A stretch of DNA of 37,952 nucleotides from assembly GCF_001194135.2 (NCBI RefSeq), contig NC_068981.1, positions 191,372,313 through 191,410,264 on the forward strand. The letters run 5' to 3'. Shown here piece after piece: positions 33,243 to 37,952 of the stretch (the first letter of the stretch is position 1; each line of letters begins with the position of its first letter). This stretch comes from Octopus bimaculoides (Eukaryota). Made by a program: the position numbers and the translations under genes. The notes beneath the pieces are model-generated. The model was not told the origin of the DNA. It did no database searches and worked only from the letters and a program-made list of their open reading frames with translations.

Positions 33243-34535
33243 ACGATTGGGGTAACTGGGAAGGTTTGCTGTGGGACAAGCCCGTTATAGTTCAGCCTTC
33301 CACTGCTAGAAGCCACTTGATGCGACTCTCAGGTATCAGTCTGCCAACTGGCGTCGTAGAGTGGAGTTGTACTGCAACGTGGTGCATCTTTGTTTTGCAG
33401 TGCTTCTCCCCTGTTCATCATTTTTTGCAGTGGCTGAAATGAAGGAACAGTGTACTTCCATGAAATTCTGTTTGCTGCTGGGGAAAACGGCGGCCGAAAC
33501 ACTTGTCATGCTTCAAACAGCTTACAAGGACACTGGCATGAGCAAAAAACAAGTTTACAAGTAGCTTTCATGCTTTAAGAATGGTCACTTGTCGCTTGAA
33601 CACCAACCTTGTTCAGAGCGACTGTCGTCCTCCCAAATGAATGAAAACATCACAAAAATTGATGAACTTATTCTGGAGGACTGTTCCCAAACAATTGATA
33701 AACTTGTTGATATGACTTGTGTATCCTTGAGCTCCTGCCAAAGAATTTTGAGTGAGAAATTGTGAATGAAGAGAATTGCAGCAAAATTGGTGCCTTGCTT
33801 GTTCATGGAAGATCAAAAGCAGTTAGGACTGAATGCGTGTCATGAACTGAAAGAACAATTGGAAGTTGATCCAAATTATTTATCACTGGTGACAAACAAT
33901 GGTGCTACAGCTATAACCTGGAAATGAAGCAGCAATCAACTCAGTGGAAGCATTCAATGTCACCACACCCCAAAAAAGTGTGTCAAGTGAAGTCCAATGT
34001 CAAAACAATGCTGATTTGTTTCATTGATGCAAAAGGAAATGTCCACACAGAATTTGTTCCTTCTAGTCAAACTGTTAACCAGACATTTTACTTGGCAGTT
34101 CTGAAGTGTTTGTGAGATGAAAATACCTTGACCTATGACAAAGTGGAGAGTGGTGCTTTCATCACAACAATGCACCTGTGCACACTGCCTTGAGTGTGAG
34201 ACAGTTTTTGCCCAGAATGGCATGACCCCACTTATTCACCATCCCTATTGACCCAATCTTGCTCTTGTGACTTTTTTCTGTTCCCCTGAATGAAAAAGGT
34301 CCTTAAAGGAAAACATTTTGCAGACATAGAAGAGGTGTAGAAAAAATGACAAAGGCATTAAATGGCCACACTTTGCAAGAGTTCCAGGACTGTTTTGAAC
34401 AGTGGAAAACATGTCTGGACCGATGCATTGCTTCAAATGGAAAATATTTTGAAGGCATTGAAAGTGTAAACATGTAAAACTGAGTGAATCAAAAATAATA
34501 TTGCAAAATTCCGGTTTCTTTTGGGTATCCTCTCG
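33243..34535 (+). mobile_element. Decayed mariner (Tc1/mariner, DD34D-type) transposon; transposase pseudogene at about 33439-34477
   Basis: Reads MKEQCTSMKFCLLLGKTAAETLVML...KLVPCL...ITGDKQWCYSYNLEMKQQSTQW...KTMLICFIDAKG...HHNNAPVHT...DFFLFP*MKKVLKGKHF...DRCIASNGKYFEG, with stops and frameshifts. The right TIR-like end ...GGGTATCCTCTCG is followed by TA. I did not find a left TIR, so the left boundary is approximate. Confidence 0.92.
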
Positions 34536-34567
<32 letters not shown>

Positions 34568-34575
34568 CATATATA

Positions 34576-34639
34576 NNNNNNNNNNNNNNNNNNNNNNNNN
34601 NNNNNNNNNNNNNNNNNNNNNNNNNNNNNNNNNNNNNNN
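34576..34639. other. Assembly gap (N run) within (TA)n
   Basis: N bases. Confidence 1.
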
Positions 34640-34674
<35 letters not shown>

Positions 34675-34866
34675 TTCCAGGGGTGACAAGTTCAGCCACT
34701 GAGTCACAGAGAGTAAGGAACTCCATATCTAAGAGTGAATAAGCATTTAATCCATAATCATTAGTTTCACAAAATATATTTTATTGGACCATCAAGTATG
34801 AATCAAACATTTATGGCATGACAAAAGAAGCATGCAGTATAAGCAATAAAGTAATTGGCATTAGTA

Positions 34867-34990
34867 AGGACACCCAGCTGTAGATGCCAAAGCAGACACC
34901 TGGAGCACGTTATTGTTCTTGGACCCCTTGGAGTCTGTCAAACTATCCAACCCATGCCAGCATGAAACATAGACATTAAATAATGATGAT
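34867..34990 (+). mobile_element. RTE-tail family 3' fragment
   Basis: CCCAGCTGTAGA...GTCAAACTATCCAACCCATGCCAGCATG...GACATTAAATAATGATGAT. Confidence 0.6.
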
Positions 34991-36409
34991 ATAGTTATAT
35001 AACAATAATGAAATATATCAGAAGTACATTTTTCATAGTGCAATCATTATCTGGAATACAATTCAGTATGCTGAATATAATAAGCTTTAAGTTTCCATCT
35101 GAGCTTCCACTACTGGCAAGGGATGTAGAAGGCACTGGCCAGGTTGTGCCTAATCAAGTACAATGCTCACCTCTAAGTATGGACTGTAAAATCCTCTTGT
35201 CTATAATATAAATTCACTGTTGTTGTATAAAATACATTGAAAAACTTCCTGTTTTGTAAATAGAGCAAAAGGCACATTCAGAAGTGACCTTTGAACTTCA
35301 CTTGGCCAGACCATAAAAGTGCACCTGTTCTCATGTGAAGAGTTTGGAAATCACACCATCAGATTTTGATAATGGCAGTGAATTCCAGTTTATATTTAAT
35401 TTCGCTGTTCAGTTTTTACAGTGATGTACTCAATTGTGTTATCAAAGAAGAACATATTTAAAATTAAGTCAAGGCCATGGTGAGATTTGAAATCAGGATA
35501 AATATTGCAAGGAATTTATTCAAATATTCTTCGAGTTCCACAAATACAATATTTTGGATTACTACGTTATTATTAACTCTAGAAAGGATGATGGGCAAAG
35601 TTGAAGTCAGAGCACAGAGAGCTGGAAGAAATACCATAAGCCATACAATCCAGTTTGCTGCTTATTATTAACCCTTTTTGTAACAACTCACTTGAGACCA
35701 CCCCCTATAATACAAATTTCATTTTAAAATTGATCTACAGTGAAAACGTTCAATCAAAATTTTTTTGTGTTCTATGCTCCAGGTTAATAATGACTTATTT
35801 TATTGTTTGTCATTATTTTCAACATTACCGTATATACTAATGTATGTTGCACCCCTAATTTAGTGTTAATTCTTGGTACAAAATTTTTCTCTTCATACTT
35901 TTAGCTTTGTCGCATGTATATAAGCTGCACCTCAATTTTTACATTTAAATCAAGCCTGAAACTTACACACAAATACATATGGTAACTGAATCAATAGCAA
36001 TGTGTTTCAACAAAAATATGGTAATAAAAATGGTTAATGAAGTTTACTTTTAAGCTCATCTAACTTTATTATGCACTCTTTAAAAATTCTTCAGAATCTG
36101 GCTTTTCATTTTTCTTGTTTTTTGTGTATTTCAAAAACGTTTTCTTCAACCAGAATTTTAGGAAACTTAAGTGCAGCATTTAAGAAAGCATTTTAAACTA
36201 CTTCATCTAAAGTCATATAATTTCACAGGACCTGAATTATGTTGACACATAACTCTCCCCCATTTAGTGGAGGACACATTTCCTTTTTTCTCCCTGCCAC
36301 TTGTTTTCCTGTTCATTTTTTTTTGTTGCCTTCCAAGTTACTTGACAACCTCACTAGTGCCAGTGACATGAAAAAAATAACCCAGTACACTTTGTTAACT
36401 GCTTGCTGT

Positions 36410-36546
36410 GAGGAAGGTTGTCCAGCTGTAGAAAGCTTTCCAAAGTAGATATTGCAGCTCAACACAGCCCTACAGCTGGCCGGATCCTGTCAAACCATCC
36501 CAGCCCTACAAGAAGGAAAATGGACATTAAATGATGACAATGATGA
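36410..36546 (+). mobile_element. RTE-tail family 3' fragment
   Basis: GGAAGGTTGTCCAGCTGTAGAAA...GTCAAACCATCC...GGACATTAAATGATGACAATGATG. Confidence 0.55.
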
Positions 36547-36804
36547 GCATGTAGGTCATATCTATTTATAGTACAAATTATTGTTTAGATAAAAATCACA
36601 AAATAATCGTTTCATTGTAATCATTGTCAATTTCATTTTCTGATTGCTTCTTATCAAGAACAATGAACTAACTTCTGTATTTAGTCAGACAGTAATCAAT
36701 ACAATGTCTAATTTAGACAACCATGCATGATGATTATTACAATACTGTGTGAACCAACAACATAAAGATTAGAACTTTAATGCAAATGATCATCATTTAA
36801 ACAG

Positions 36805-36969
36805 CCATGTTCCATATAGGCTTCCACACAGTTTCCATCTCCCAAATACACTCACAAGGCATTGGTTGATCCAGGGCTATAGTAGAAGACACTTGGCCAA
36901 GGTGCCACACAGTGAAACTGAACCCAAAGCCATGTGGTTGGAAGCAAGCTTCTTAACCACACCTGTGCC
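36805..36969 (-). mobile_element. tRNA-derived SINE, family A (inverted)
   Basis: GGCTTCCACACAGTTTCC...GGGCTATAGTAGAAGACACTTGGCCAAGGTGCC...GCAAGCTTCTTAACCACAC. Confidence 0.75.
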
Positions 36970-37227
36970 AAATCACTGCCATATTGATATTACTTATCCA
37001 AGAGTAATCAAGTTGACAGAATTTAAACAGAGGATAGTGAAAATATATTAAAACATTCAGATTACTTTCTGTAGCCTTGTCCAGAAACTTGAGATGTTCT
37101 ACATTCTGAAATAGACTGACACATTTCTTCACGTTTGATATTGCTGTTCGCTACTTATGGGGGACATAAACAAACTAGCACTGGCTGTCAAAGGAACGCC
37201 GGGGGGAAACACAAACGCATATTTATA

Positions 37228-37399
37228 TATATGCAACAGACTTCCACACAGTTTCCCTCAACCAAATCCATTCACAAGGCTTTGCTCGATTCAGGGCTAT
37301 AGTAGAAGACACTTGGTCAAGGTGCTGCACTGTAGGACTGAACCGGAAACCAAGCGGTTGCAAATCAAGCTCCTTAACCACACAGCCATGTCTGCACCC
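37228..37399 (-). mobile_element. tRNA-derived SINE, family A (inverted)
   Basis: CTTCCACACAGTTTCC...GGGCTATAGTAGAAGACACTTGGTCAAGGTGC...GGACTGAACC...CTTAACCACACAGCCATG. Confidence 0.75.
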
Positions 37400-37473
37400 A
37401 TGTCCACGTTGTTAAAAGAAAACCTATAAACTTCAATATATTCTGATATCAAGCCTTCAAAGTTATTGGTAGT

Positions 37474-37535
37474 AACATGCTTGCTAGGAGTTATAAACAT
37501 GCTTGCTTGGAGTTATAAACTTGCTAGGAGTTATA
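37474..37535 (+). repeat. 22-bp tandem repeat, about 2.8 copies
   Basis: AACATGCTTGCTAGGAGTTATA, a second copy with one mismatch, and a third copy lacking ATGC. Confidence 0.85.
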
Positions 37536-37952
37536 GAACTGAACCACCTTTGTTTGGCTACCTGAGTCATATTATCAGTTAAAGTGTGACTGAGGTGTTC
37601 AGCCTTGTTAGATAATTTTTCCAAGGTGAAAATGTGAATTGTTTCAGGCGAGACATTCAACTGCATCCACTAGACATGTGCCACACAGGTATACCAGTGT
37701 GAAGACATGAACTGATGTCATGTGAACCAATTCCTCTGCCTCAAGGGTTAAGTACAGGAAAGTTAAAGTAGCAGAGTGAATTGTAAGTAACCCAGCTAAT
37801 TGCAATGGAAAATCACTGCTACATCAGGATTTTTGAGACTTTGGCATGGAGGTCTATGACTGTCAGTGCAAGTACAACAGGCATGGCATGTCAATGCAAA
37901 TACAACAGGCGTGGGGAGAGAGAGAGAGAGAGATTCAAAAGTACCAACTAAT

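Overview
This is AT-rich, microsatellite-dense animal genomic DNA with four N gaps. The SINE and MITE repertoire resembles what I recall from octopus/cephalopod genomes; this is an inference, not a database match. Two protein-coding genes are supported. (1) On the plus strand are the last exons of an unidentified gene: an internal exon at 1685-1768 and a terminal coding exon at 13290-13644. They encode what looks like a receptor or adaptor tail with Tyr motifs, a polyproline run and a C-terminal class I PDZ ligand (-SKV). (2) On the minus strand is a complete four-exon eIF1/SUI1 gene (29819 to 28323, 111 aa). It has a highly conserved core, an atypical N-terminus and a start codon in poor context. 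Its intron 1 holds a second promoter-like module (TCT motif, YY1 site, splice donor) that cannot give normal eIF1. The rest is mobile DNA: a decayed Penelope-like element (RT plus GIY-YIG) whose 3' repeat carries a tRNA-like unit and hammerhead-like motifs, a decayed mariner, RTE 3' fragments, a very old LINE RT relic, two tRNA-derived SINE families, TTAA-type MITEs and many microsatellites. Most long ORFs in the supplied track are microsatellite or N-gap artefacts. Repeat boundaries are approximate because they were aligned by eye.
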